From a virus (taxonomy: Duplodnaviria; Caudoviricetes), in IMG/VR virus record IMGVR_UViG_3300034062_006701: a stretch of 64,000 nucleotides of DNA; one strand, written 5' to 3'. A program made the position numbers and the translations under genes. The notes under the pieces were generated by a model. The model ran no database searches and was not told the origin of the DNA. It saw only the letters and a program-made list of their open reading frames with translations. Below are positions 6,915 to 15,957 of the stretch, one piece after another (positions within the stretch are counted from its first letter, which is position 1; the number at the start of each line of letters is the position of its first letter).

Positions 6915-6987
6915 CTACGAGGGAAAGGCTCGAACTTTCAACCGGCAGATCCAAATTCTGCTGCACTACCAATTGTGCTACCTCGTA
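6915..6987 (-). tRNA. tRNA-Gln (TTG)
   Basis: Acceptor TACGAGG/CCTCGTA (U1-A72), G73; D arm GCAC/GTGC; anticodon arm GCAGA-ATTTGGA-TCTGC; T arm GAAAG-TTCGAGC-CTTTC; no CCA. Confidence 0.85.
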
Positions 6988-6992
6988 ATAGG

Positions 6993-7127
6993 TTAATATT
7001 TCTTTACAAGCTTTCCTTTTATCTTGACAAAGCCTTCCAGCTTACCAGATGGTTTAATCTTGTCAAAGTTATCGTTGTATTGCTTCTTGTTTACTTTTCT
7101 CGGTGTATCGCCTTTTCCTGCGCTCAT
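6993..7127 (-). CDS. Small conserved phage protein (44 aa, below the ORF-track cut-off)
   Basis: MSAGKGDTPRKVNKKQYNDNFDKIKPSGKLEGFVKIKGKLVKKY; starts 1 nt after the radA-like stop; GKGD.PR...Y..NF..I pattern seen in aquatic phages. Confidence 0.7.
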   Translation of the reverse strand: MSAGKGDTPRKVNKKQYNDNFDKIKPSGKLEGFVKIKGKLVKKY

Positions 7128-7128
7128 A

Positions 7129-8037
7129 TTAATGCTTAGTGATTGTAGCTTCGATCTTATTTACCTTCCAGCGAGTCTTAGATCCACGCTTATTATTCTT
7201 CTTAAGCTTACCTTCGAGAGTAAGCTCCCTGAGAAGATATCCAGCACGAGTTGCATCAATACTCAACTCAGCACATACATCAGTAATACCGAACAATCCT
7301 TCGAGCTTAAGAATGCTCTCCTTATTCTTTTCCTTACGATCGGCTTTGCTGTTCTTCTTTTCAGTAGCTTCAGCCGTAACAGCGGTAAAGACATATCCCC
7401 GGCTAGTGAACGAACAAGTATAGTCGATACCAGGTCCGAAACGATTCTTAGAGAAGTAAATGCGACGGAGATCAGGAGTCTCACCCATCTCAACGAACAT
7501 ATTCACGTCGACAGCGTAGGTAAGATGATTACTTCCGCGCATCGCACCGCCCTTGGTAAGGTGGCAGATGATGATCACGGCACACTCTGTCTCCTTAGCC
7601 CTTTCAATAAGTCGCTCAATAGCAGAACGCTCGTCGAAGGACCCCTTATCCATAGCCTGGAATGAGTCGATAACAATAAGATCCATTCCATCCATAAAAG
7701 AAAGAATCTTATTGAACTTCGATTCGTTACAGATGCCAACGTCATCGATACCGAGTCGACGGCAGCTAAAAGCGACCTGATGGATAGACTCCTCAGCGCT
7801 AATATAGCCGATATTCTTATCGTTCTTCGACATACCGTCGAGAATCTGGAGAACCATTGTACTCTTTCCTACACCTGCTTTACTCGACAAAGTGATGCAC
7901 GATCCAGGGAGAATACCACCCCCGAACATCTCATCAACTTCAGGGATGTTTGAGCGAATGCGACGGAAATAAATTTCCGGAATCTGCACATCTTTAACAG
8001 CTGTGAACGAAGTGGATACGATATGATTAAGTTTCAT
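7129..8037 (-). CDS. radA: RadA/Sms-like RecA-fold ATPase with a C-terminal HTH-like domain
   Basis: Walker A SKAGVGKST, Walker B LIVIDSFQ, ICHLTKGG, RadA signature KNRFG; no zinc finger or Lon-like domain. Confidence 0.75.
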   Translation of the reverse strand: MKLNHIVSTSFTAVKDVQIPEIYFRRIRSNIPEVDEMFGGGILPGSCITLSSKAGVGKSTMVLQILDGMSKNDKNIGYISAEESIHQVAFSCRRLGIDDVGICNESKFNKILSFMDGMDLIVIDSFQAMDKGSFDERSAIERLIERAKETECAVIIICHLTKGGAMRGSNHLTYAVDVNMFVEMGETPDLRRIYFSKNRFGPGIDYTCSFTSRGYVFTAVTAEATEKKNSKADRKEKNKESILKLEGLFGITDVCAELSIDATRAGYLLRELTLEGKLKKNNKRGSKTRWKVNKIEATITKH

Positions 8038-8043
8038 GCTATT

Positions 8044-8072
8044 ATTATGTGGGAATTGAAAAGGAATTACAA
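8044..8072 (-). promoter_or_regulatory. Sigma70-type promoter with TTCCTTTT box
   Basis: TTGTAA-TTCCTTTTCAATTCCCA-CATAAT (17-nt spacer). Confidence 0.7.
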
Positions 8073-8074
8073 GC

Positions 8075-8344
8075 TTAAATTTTCTTAAACTTTACTTCCG
8101 CGTCTTTCAGGTTCTGGAACGTCCAGCCTGAGGTGCCCCACTGCGATGTACCTGGATAGGCCTCACCAGGTGGGATCTTCTGACCACCAAGCTCATAGCC
8201 ATTATGCTTTGAGATCTTCACTACTTCAAAAGAAACACCCTCCTGGTCCTTTTTAGATTGTTCGAAGATAGCTTTCATCCCTTCGCGTTTAATTTGCTTA
8301 TAGGTAAATCCTTTTTTTGTGAATGTTTTAGGTATTGTCTTCAT
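8075..8344 (-). CDS. Hypothetical basic protein
   Basis: 89-aa ORF with AAGGA SD and promoter TTGCGT-17-TAATAT (8382-8354). Confidence 0.75.
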   Translation of the reverse strand: MKTIPKTFTKKGFTYKQIKREGMKAIFEQSKKDQEGVSFEVVKISKHNGYELGGQKIPPGEAYPGTSQWGTSGWTFQNLKDAEVKFKKI

Positions 8345-8384
8345 GATTCCTTAATATTATAGGTACCTTTAAGGGAACGCAAGC

Positions 8385-8687
8385 TTATTTCCCGTTAATC
8401 TCAAGCGCCCGTTGAATGAATGAATCACCTAGCGCTATAGTAACACCTTCTACACCAAGCTCCTCTCGAACCTCAGAAGGCGATTTACCTGCTTTCAACA
8501 GCGTAAGAGCATCCCTACAAATATAATGCTTGAGGAACTCTTCTTTTGATCCTGCGATCTTTGCCTTCTCCTCCAGATACTGACTGTTTGTAGGTCGTGT
8601 CCTACCTGTAATAATACAAGTAAGAACGGTAGGGTCTTTGGCTATAGCTTTCTTGAATCGTTTATTAATTTCTGCGATATCCATCAT
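8385..8687 (-). CDS. Hypothetical protein, paralogue of 9624-10214
   Basis: CIITG...FLKHYICRDALTLLKAGKSPSEVREEL; promoter TTGCAT-17-TATTAT upstream. Confidence 0.75.
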   Translation of the reverse strand: MMDIAEINKRFKKAIAKDPTVLTCIITGRTRPTNSQYLEEKAKIAGSKEEFLKHYICRDALTLLKAGKSPSEVREELGVEGVTIALGDSFIQRALEINGK

Positions 8688-8732
8688 TATTCGATAATAT
8701 AAAATTGTTTAATTAAATGCAATAAAAAGTTG

Positions 8733-8772
8733 AAAAAAAGAGACCGACTCCTAAATCATAGCAGCCGGTCTC
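8733..8772 (-). terminator. Intrinsic terminator
   Basis: GAGACCGGCT / AGTCGGTCTC 10-bp stem followed by T7. Confidence 0.8.
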
Positions 8773-8790
8773 CTCATTGTTCATTTGAGA

Positions 8791-8985
8791 TTAAGCAACG
8801 GTAATCTCGTTAGTGTTAATGGCGCGGGTCAGGTCTCTTGCGTCAATACGCTTAGCCGTACGCTTGAACTGGTTCGTGCGGTTGAGCACACGAGCCTTCT
8901 TAACGGTAAAGCTACCATCGCGGTTACGCTCCATCTGGACGAAGAACGTCTTAGGACGTAGATTCTTGTTTGTGTAGTCGATCAT
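8791..8985 (-). CDS. Small basic protein in its own transcription unit
   Basis: 64 aa, K/R-rich; SD AAAGGAGGTGA (9003-8993); promoter TTGATA-17-CACTAT (9046-9018); terminator downstream. Confidence 0.8.
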   Translation of the reverse strand: MIDYTNKNLRPKTFFVQMERNRDGSFTVKKARVLNRTNQFKRTAKRIDARDLTRAINTNEITVA

Positions 8986-9049
8986 TTTATATTCACCTCC
9001 TTTCGTTTATAGTTCTAATAGTGGATTCTTTTTTTAGGAATATCAACTA

Positions 9050-9247
9050 TTAAATTTTAAAATTTTCTGGAAGAGTAATCTCTTCGGGGTTCGGGAGAAG
9101 GAAAGTATCGGTTTTGGCTTTCCTGCTCTCTGACTTACGACGATACCCCATAAGAAGGTGATTCCCGTCGTTCGTGCTCTTGATAATTGGTACCAGTCGG
9201 CCCTTTTTAATTAGCTTCTGGATATTTGCTGGTGACATCTTTCCCAT
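9050..9247 (-). CDS. Hypothetical basic protein
   Basis: Likely ATG at 9247 after GAGGA (the track uses TTG at 9286). Confidence 0.6.
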   Translation of the reverse strand: MGKMSPANIQKLIKKGRLVPIIKSTNDGNHLLMGYRRKSESRKAKTDTFLLPNPEEITLPENFKI

Positions 9248-9282
9248 ATGATTCCTCAATAGTATATCGGTTAAAAAATAAA

Positions 9283-9549
9283 TCAAGAATTACTTTCAAA
9301 TACATCGCCGTTAGCTTGGATCTTTTGCTCTTCATATGGAGCAACCATACGACGATAGAACTCCTGCTTACACCCCTCAAGGGCGCCTATAATGTCGTTA
9401 AACGTTTGATAACACATACCGTTATCGACAATATAATCTTTACAAATCATAGTAAGAGCATAATTGAGCTCACCGGCAGTGTTTATTTCAGGTATGTTGC
9501 AGAACATATCTAAGAACTTTGATCTATCTTGCTGATTAATGTATGGCAT
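9283..9549 (-). CDS. Conserved phage protein (DUF6899-like)
   Basis: MPYI..., TAGELNY, IGALEGCKQEFYRR..APYE..K...NGDV. Confidence 0.7.
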   Translation of the reverse strand: MPYINQQDRSKFLDMFCNIPEINTAGELNYALTMICKDYIVDNGMCYQTFNDIIGALEGCKQEFYRRMVAPYEEQKIQANGDVFESNS

Positions 9550-9623
9550 AAAACAGATAGTAAAATTAAATTTTCATAAAATCAAGCTTGAACTTAATTT
9601 TTGCATATATAATATAACAAATC

Positions 9624-10214
9624 ATGAAACGCGCTAAGGTTAAAAAACTTCCAAAGCAAACTAAAACAAGCACATTACCTAAAGCTAAGAATAAGCCTGT
9701 AGCTGTGGTTGATGATAGTAAGCCTAAGAGTCGAGTTATGGCATGTATCGTTACTGGTATAGAGAAGAGAGTATCGAAAGCCGGTATGGCAAAAGGTATT
9801 AAGAAATTCGGTGATCTAGCGGCCTTTATCGAACACTATATAAGCAATGAAGCAAAGAGACTACTCAAACAACGCGTATCCCCGGAGGAAGTACAAAAGC
9901 AACTTCGTCCATCGAATCTCAAGCCATTCACTATTGACAAACAGATTCTTGCTCGTCTCAAGCTCCTCAAGAAGCCAAGAAACAAAAAACTTACAATAGA
10001 AGAGGTTCAGCAAATTTCTGTAAAATGGGTACCTAAAGAGCCTAAATCGTATCCCTCAAAAGAGGCGTATATCATAGACAACACAAAAAACGGGTCCTGC
10101 ATTGCACCTCAACTCTTTCTAGATTCTGATCGCTGCTGTGACCACTGTCAGTATACAGAGCATTGCCTCTCTACAGCTAAGACATTCTCTAAGCGATATA
10201 AAGCCTCTCAATAA
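9624..10214 (+). CDS. Basic protein with a CIVTG domain and a C-terminal Cys cluster
   Basis: ACIVTG...FIEHYISNEAKRLLKQRVSPEEV; C-terminal CIAP..RCCDHCQYTEHC; divergent promoter TTGAAC..TATAAT upstream. Confidence 0.75.
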   Translation: MKRAKVKKLPKQTKTSTLPKAKNKPVAVVDDSKPKSRVMACIVTGIEKRVSKAGMAKGIKKFGDLAAFIEHYISNEAKRLLKQRVSPEEVQKQLRPSNLKPFTIDKQILARLKLLKKPRNKKLTIEEVQQISVKWVPKEPKSYPSKEAYIIDNTKNGSCIAPQLFLDSDRCCDHCQYTEHCLSTAKTFSKRYKASQ

Positions 10215-11338
10215 CCTTCATATGTTTTTGAATACCTGACTTCACGGCTATATCCGTTGTGATCGTCGTTGATTACTTTCTTTGGCTTCGGTTTTTCGTA
10301 TCTCATTGTAAACGTAATGATGATATCACCGATCTCCATAAGAAACGCTAACAGAAAGCAAATAAGAGCTGTAATGTCAGCACACATTAATGCAGTAAAT
10401 GATACTTTGATAATATTATCAGTCCCTATTATTTTAACAGGGATAAATTTTATGTTTAAATTCGATGCAATAGATGATATCAAACTATTTGCATCGATTA
10501 CCGATGTCTGGAGTTCACTAAAATTACTAGCCGCATCAATACTCTTTTTACAGGTTATAATCTTATCTCCAAGTAGATTACTTGATTGTTTAAGTGCTTT
10601 TAGACTTTCCTCCATCTCTTGATCTAAGGAATCAATTCGCTTTTTAAGTTCGTTTTTTGTGCTCTGAAGTTCAATGTCGGATTGCGCTTGCAGTTTACGA
10701 GCTTCTGCTTGAAGCTCTTTCGCACGTGGCCCATCACCGGCTTTACCTCTCACACCTTGTCGCTCGCTAATAGCTTCTTGATTTATCTCCTCTATTTGTT
10801 TCTTGGTTTCTGTAGATTTTACTAGTATTGTCTTTTCAATTTCCACTTTTCTATCTCTATTGCTATTTCTAATGTCAGAATCTTGTATTTGTACAGCTTT
10901 TTTACTCTCAGCTTCAAAATATGATAGAGTTTCTGTTATTTTATCCTTACTGTTTTTAAGACTATCTTGAACACCAGTTTCAGAGTAGAGTCCTGCAAAG
11001 TCAAAAATGGTCGGTATAAGACTAAGGAATAAGCAGAGTAATGCAGCCTTAATCGGGAACTCTTTTCTACCAAAAAGAATAATTTTTACACAATATGGTA
11101 GACCTACAACAGCAAAACTCGCTAACGCTGTTAATGTCCAATGCCAGGTAATGAGAATAGCACCTAATGCATGGAAGGCAAAACAATACGCAACGAAAAT
11201 AACAAACCAATACACTATATCGATAGTGATAGCTGCAACCTTACTACCTGTATTAAAACCAAAGATAGTATGATATGAGTCGGCTACAGTATGATCTGTA
11301 ACCGGTTCACGAGTTAGCAAATTCTTAATAAACTCCAC
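10208..11338 (-). CDS. Membrane protein with a long coiled-coil domain (DUF4407-like)
   Basis: Three N-terminal hydrophobic helices, coiled coil with G.RG..G.GP motif, C-terminal TM helix; GTG start after TAAATA. Confidence 0.65.
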   Translation of the reverse strand: MEFIKNLLTREPVTDHTVADSYHTIFGFNTGSKVAAITIDIVYWFVIFVAYCFAFHALGAILITWHWTLTALASFAVVGLPYCVKIILFGRKEFPIKAALLCLFLSLIPTIFDFAGLYSETGVQDSLKNSKDKITETLSYFEAESKKAVQIQDSDIRNSNRDRKVEIEKTILVKSTETKKQIEEINQEAISERQGVRGKAGDGPRAKELQAEARKLQAQSDIELQSTKNELKKRIDSLDQEMEESLKALKQSSNLLGDKIITCKKSIDAASNFSELQTSVIDANSLISSIASNLNIKFIPVKIIGTDNIIKVSFTALMCADITALICFLLAFLMEIGDIIITFTMRYEKPKPKKVINDDHNGYSREVRYSKTYEGY

Positions 11339-11549
11339 TTTATTATTTAATGGATGTCAGGAGCGCTCGAATATCTTCCTTTAAAATACGGATTTGTACT
11401 TCAAATACAACGGAAAGCACCACAAAGAGTAGTTTCATATATATGTCTAGTAGACACGTGTATATTTATTCTCTTTTAGCACCAATATTGTCTTTTCGAG
11501 TTCTTGTATAGTTATTTCATAGAGGTACCCATAAATAATTTCAGTCACC

Positions 11550-13982
11550 ATGTCTGATAACGCACGTTTTCATAATAAGCTACATAGAAAAAATCACCAT
11601 ACCACACCAACAGATGGGTATCCTGATTCCGCTACAGATCCAATTGCTTCAGAATCTGAGCCGTTTACAGGCGATTTTTTCTTAAACGGTAATTTAAATG
11701 TCTCTGGTGCAATAAACACAGTCTATAACACGCTTTCAAATATTAGCATACCTGTTCCGGTGTTATCAGCACAAATAGGCTTTCAACCGTCAAATTCACT
11801 CGTTGTTCAGCTTTCCGGTGTAAAGTATGCCATACCTGTTACATTGGTTGGTGATAATACCTTTAATAACGGGACATCTGGTATTAACTCTCTAGCTAAC
11901 TATGTTACCTATCTCGGTAATGTATCATCAAGCGGTACATTATCTGGAAAAGACAGTGATAACTGGAATCTAATCTATTCAACTGTAATAGCAAATAGCG
12001 GTAGTTGGAACGGTGGTAATAATGTTTATACCGCGGTCGGTACAAATAGCGGTAATTGGGACGGTACATATACCACAGTAAACACTAATAGCGGTAATTG
12101 GAATAGTAATGTAGCAGTATCAAATTATGTTATTACAAATAGTGCTACATTTGATAATTCATATACATCATCTGTCTATGCAAAGCTATCATCACTAGCT
12201 TACACATTTAACTATAGTAACAATTCTATACAGGCAAATTCTTTAAATAATTGTACCCCCGGTCAACTAGCTGGTGTTCTCGCTGGTCTCAATAATAATG
12301 CCTGTGGTTATGCAGCTGTTGTTGCAGGTGGCGGTACAAACACAGCATCTGGTAATTACTCTATAATCGGTGGTGGTGGTGGGAATATCGTTAGCGGAAA
12401 TAATAGCGGTATTCTAGGTGGACTTAATAATTCCGTTTCAGGTTGTAACTCATTTGCAATTGGATCTGGTATTATCGCTACGGCACCTAACTACGCATTT
12501 GTTAATAATCTATCCTCATTAGGCACGGTAAATGCACTGAGTGGTTACATGCAAATTATTAGTATAGGTAGAGCAGAGATCGGTAATCAGCTTTCTAACA
12601 CTGTCGGGCAATTCTTTTCTAATGTAAATACATTTTCACAAATAAATCACCAGAATGTCTGTAACGGTACAAATGCATCAACCGATTACATCGCTACTGC
12701 CGACAATGGTAATGATTCCTGTTATTACGCTGATCTCGGTATTAATAGCAGTTTCTATAGTAATTCAGCATACGACATAACAGGTCCGAATGATGCATAT
12801 CTCTTTACACATGGCTGTAATCTCGCCGTTGGTACAACTGGTGATACAGGTGATGTAATTATACATACAGGTGGCTCAAGAGCGCAGAATGAGCGTATGA
12901 GAGTAACCGCCCTAGGTAATGTTGGTATTGGTACTAGTGTACCGGGATCAACTCTTACAGTTATCGGAAGTATCTCCGCAACTGGTACAGTATGTTATTC
13001 TAATCCCATCTATTGTGTAGGTGCAGCTCCAAATTCTGTTGTTCCTGCTAATGGCTCTAATACAAGCTCGGGATGTTATAGTGTTGTTTTAGGTGGTTCA
13101 CAAAATATAGCTACAGGCACAAATAGTGTTATCGGCGGTGGTTTAATTAATTCTGCGCTCGCTGAATATAGTGTTATAGGTGGTGGTCAATTGAATAATT
13201 CTACCGCCAGCTACACATTTGTTGGCGGTGGTAATTTAAATACAACAGAATCATCATATAGTAGCATATTAGGTGGTAGATGTAATGAAATAACTTCAAA
13301 TTCAGGATATTCAGTTATCGGCGGGGGTCAGAATAATACCGTTACAGGTATCGGTTCCGTAATAAACGGAGGAACATCAAATACTGTTTCATCTAACTAC
13401 GGTATTATTGTAGGTGGTAATAGTAACAGTATATGTACAGGTGCAAGTGCATCCTTTATTGCTGGTGGTTGCAATAACCAGGTTTGTGCGACTGCAAATA
13501 ATTCATTCATACTCGGTTCAAGTATACAGGCAATCGAGCCAAATTATACATACGTCAATAACATTGTCTCACAAGGTAACATTTGTGGCAATAGCATTAT
13601 AGGAAATGCCGTATACGGCACAACACTAAACGGTGGTACTGTTAGCGGCACGAATTTTATAACATTTAACGAATACAATTATGGTAATAGTTTAGTAGCC
13701 GGTGACTTGACTGTCATTGGTACTATTAATGCTACAGCATACACCGGTCTTTCCTCAAATAGATTTAAGTATAGTACTATTATCGGTGATGGTATACTCT
13801 CAAGCTTTACTGTTAATCATAATTTAAGCACGGAAGATGTTTTCGTAACAGTCGTTGACTACACTACAAAAGAGGTGGTGTACCCATCTATAAGAATACC
13901 CAATCAGACACAAATTGATGTGGGGTTCTCCTTCATACCGCCAGCTTCAAGCTATAAAGTACTCATTTTAACATCACTTTAA
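11550..13982 (+). CDS. Tail fibre / adhesin-like protein with 15-aa GG-x-x-N repeats
   Basis: GGGLINSALAEYSVI-type repeats, GNVGIGT repeat, C-terminal VNHNLSTEDVFV domain; late promoter. Confidence 0.7.
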   Translation: MSDNARFHNKLHRKNHHTTPTDGYPDSATDPIASESEPFTGDFFLNGNLNVSGAINTVYNTLSNISIPVPVLSAQIGFQPSNSLVVQLSGVKYAIPVTLVGDNTFNNGTSGINSLANYVTYLGNVSSSGTLSGKDSDNWNLIYSTVIANSGSWNGGNNVYTAVGTNSGNWDGTYTTVNTNSGNWNSNVAVSNYVITNSATFDNSYTSSVYAKLSSLAYTFNYSNNSIQANSLNNCTPGQLAGVLAGLNNNACGYAAVVAGGGTNTASGNYSIIGGGGGNIVSGNNSGILGGLNNSVSGCNSFAIGSGIIATAPNYAFVNNLSSLGTVNALSGYMQIISIGRAEIGNQLSNTVGQFFSNVNTFSQINHQNVCNGTNASTDYIATADNGNDSCYYADLGINSSFYSNSAYDITGPNDAYLFTHGCNLAVGTTGDTGDVIIHTGGSRAQNERMRVTALGNVGIGTSVPGSTLTVIGSISATGTVCYSNPIYCVGAAPNSVVPANGSNTSSGCYSVVLGGSQNIATGTNSVIGGGLINSALAEYSVIGGGQLNNSTASYTFVGGGNLNTTESSYSSILGGRCNEITSNSGYSVIGGGQNNTVTGIGSVINGGTSNTVSSNYGIIVGGNSNSICTGASASFIAGGCNNQVCATANNSFILGSSIQAIEPNYTYVNNIVSQGNICGNSIIGNAVYGTTLNGGTVSGTNFITFNEYNYGNSLVAGDLTVIGTINATAYTGLSSNRFKYSTIIGDGILSSFTVNHNLSTEDVFVTVVDYTTKEVVYPSIRIPNQTQIDVGFSFIPPASSYKVLILTSL

Positions 13983-13986
13983 GATC

Positions 13987-15957
13987 ATGCCAATCAAATA
14001 TCTCGATACATTAACGATAACAGGTGGTATTTCTGCTACAGCAGATATTACAACAACAGGTAGAATTCTTTCTGGTGGTATGGATATCACCAAAGCAATT
14101 GGTGATACTATCGGATTTGCATCTAATACATCTACAGGGTCTGTAGTTCCATTGACTGGTAATAATACAGCATCAGGTCGTTATGCAAGTATAGTAAACG
14201 GTCTTAGTAACTTCTCGAGTAGCTCGTTTTCTACCATTGGTGGTGGTAGCTATAATAGATCGTTATCTATAGATGAAAACAACACCAACACACCTGTCAA
14301 CCAGCCTTATAGTGCTAGTTATATATATTTTCACGGAAATTGTAATTCATTTATAGGGGGTGGATCGTGCAATAACATCTTTACATGCATACCACCTGGT
14401 GTATGCGTAGCATGCTCTACGAACCCTCTTGTCGCAGATACACGCAACTCTGCTATCGTTGGTGGATGCAATAATGTAATTAGATCTTCATGCTTTCCTA
14501 ACATAACAGCTTATTATACAGCTTTGTTACCACAAGGTGACCAGATATCACCCTTGCAACCGGTCAATGCTCTTGTTGGTACTGAAGCAAGAGATAGTAT
14601 TATCAATGGTGGTAGTGGTAACATCATTGATGGTAGTAGCTGTAGTCATATTATCGGTGGAGAGAATAATTGCGTCAAAGGAGCTCAAAGCGGTACAATA
14701 GGAGGTACCTGCAATATAGTGCAGGGATATGACAGTGAAATTATTGGTGGTAGTTATAACTTAATAGGTCAGGCTATATGGGGACAGGCTCCTGACGGTA
14801 AGTGTATATTAGATCCGACTGGAATGTATTCGTCAAGCCGACATGCTGTTATCATTAATGGTCACTATAACGCTATCTGCGGATGCACCGAATATAATAC
14901 TATAATTAACGGTGCAGATAATACCATATTTGGTGATTACAGCACCATACTCAATGGTATAGGACACAGGATTCAAAGCGGTGATTATAATACGTTAACG
15001 GGTGGTATAGGTAATACTATTGAAGGTGTAGCTTCAGGTATTTTTGGAGGGTTCTGTAACACTGCTAGTGGCGGGTATAGCATGGGTATACTAAATGGTA
15101 TATGTAACACAGTTTCCTCTGGGTACGGCACTATACTTAACGGTGTTCGCAACCTTACGAGTGGGTTTTTTGATACTATTGGCGGTGGGTTATGTAATCA
15201 GATATTAAATTCTGAATTCTCTACTATCTTAAATGGTGTACAGAATAGTATATTTGGTAAGTGTTCTACTATTATAGGCCCCGGTAATAATAATAATGTC
15301 GCTGACTGTACGGTGACCATAGGTAATAGTGGTTTTAATGCAGGTACCGGTACGACTATAATTGGTAACAATATTGCAACAGCACTAAGTAGTGCTGTTG
15401 TTATTGGACAGGGATTAGGGTATAACGAGAATAGTATCACTATTCAGTCTAATTCCGGCATATCATCTAGGCATAGAACCGGTACATCAAGTACCGGTAC
15501 AAATTTAAAACAATACATTCAAACAAAAGAGTTGAACCTAGTAAATACACCTGCTCTTACATCGGTGTTGTTTGATACACCGGAGGGATATCTTTTCGTA
15601 ACAGATCGTATTGATTGTTATATTACAGCCTCTGCTGGTGTTACATCATTACCGTCCTTTACGCTTGGTGTTTCAGCAAATCCAAATAAATTCACAAATA
15701 GTAAATTCATAAGTGCTTTTAGTACAAATGCTGTATTCCCATCAATTAATATTGATACATTTTATATAACAGGTATAGCACTACCATCTGAACAATTAAT
15801 ATTAACAATTAATAATACCCGTGCGCTTTCTGCGAATTGCTTCTTCACCGTTGAAGGTAAATTAATAGACATTTCATCATCAATATCATTATCTGGTTAC
15901 AACGGTGTGTCAGAAGGTTTACCTGGAATATATACTGTTTACACAACATATGAATAA
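13987..15957 (+). CDS. Second fibre / adhesin-like GG-x-x-N repeat protein
   Basis: Repeats such as IINGADNTIFGDYST; beta-sandwich-like C-terminus. Confidence 0.65.
   Translation: MPIKYLDTLTITGGISATADITTTGRILSGGMDITKAIGDTIGFASNTSTGSVVPLTGNNTASGRYASIVNGLSNFSSSSFSTIGGGSYNRSLSIDENNTNTPVNQPYSASYIYFHGNCNSFIGGGSCNNIFTCIPPGVCVACSTNPLVADTRNSAIVGGCNNVIRSSCFPNITAYYTALLPQGDQISPLQPVNALVGTEARDSIINGGSGNIIDGSSCSHIIGGENNCVKGAQSGTIGGTCNIVQGYDSEIIGGSYNLIGQAIWGQAPDGKCILDPTGMYSSSRHAVIINGHYNAICGCTEYNTIINGADNTIFGDYSTILNGIGHRIQSGDYNTLTGGIGNTIEGVASGIFGGFCNTASGGYSMGILNGICNTVSSGYGTILNGVRNLTSGFFDTIGGGLCNQILNSEFSTILNGVQNSIFGKCSTIIGPGNNNNVADCTVTIGNSGFNAGTGTTIIGNNIATALSSAVVIGQGLGYNENSITIQSNSGISSRHRTGTSSTGTNLKQYIQTKELNLVNTPALTSVLFDTPEGYLFVTDRIDCYITASAGVTSLPSFTLGVSANPNKFTNSKFISAFSTNAVFPSINIDTFYITGIALPSEQLILTINNTRALSANCFFTVEGKLIDISSSISLSGYNGVSEGLPGIYTVYTTYE

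Noticed and set aside
7024-7665. 213-aa plus-strand ORF and nested frames
   Set aside because: Antisense shadow of the radA-like gene; no motifs
8791-8985. Ribosomal protein bS21, suggested by size, charge and strong SD
   Set aside because: Lacks the bS21 pattern (ALRRFKR, EKPS)
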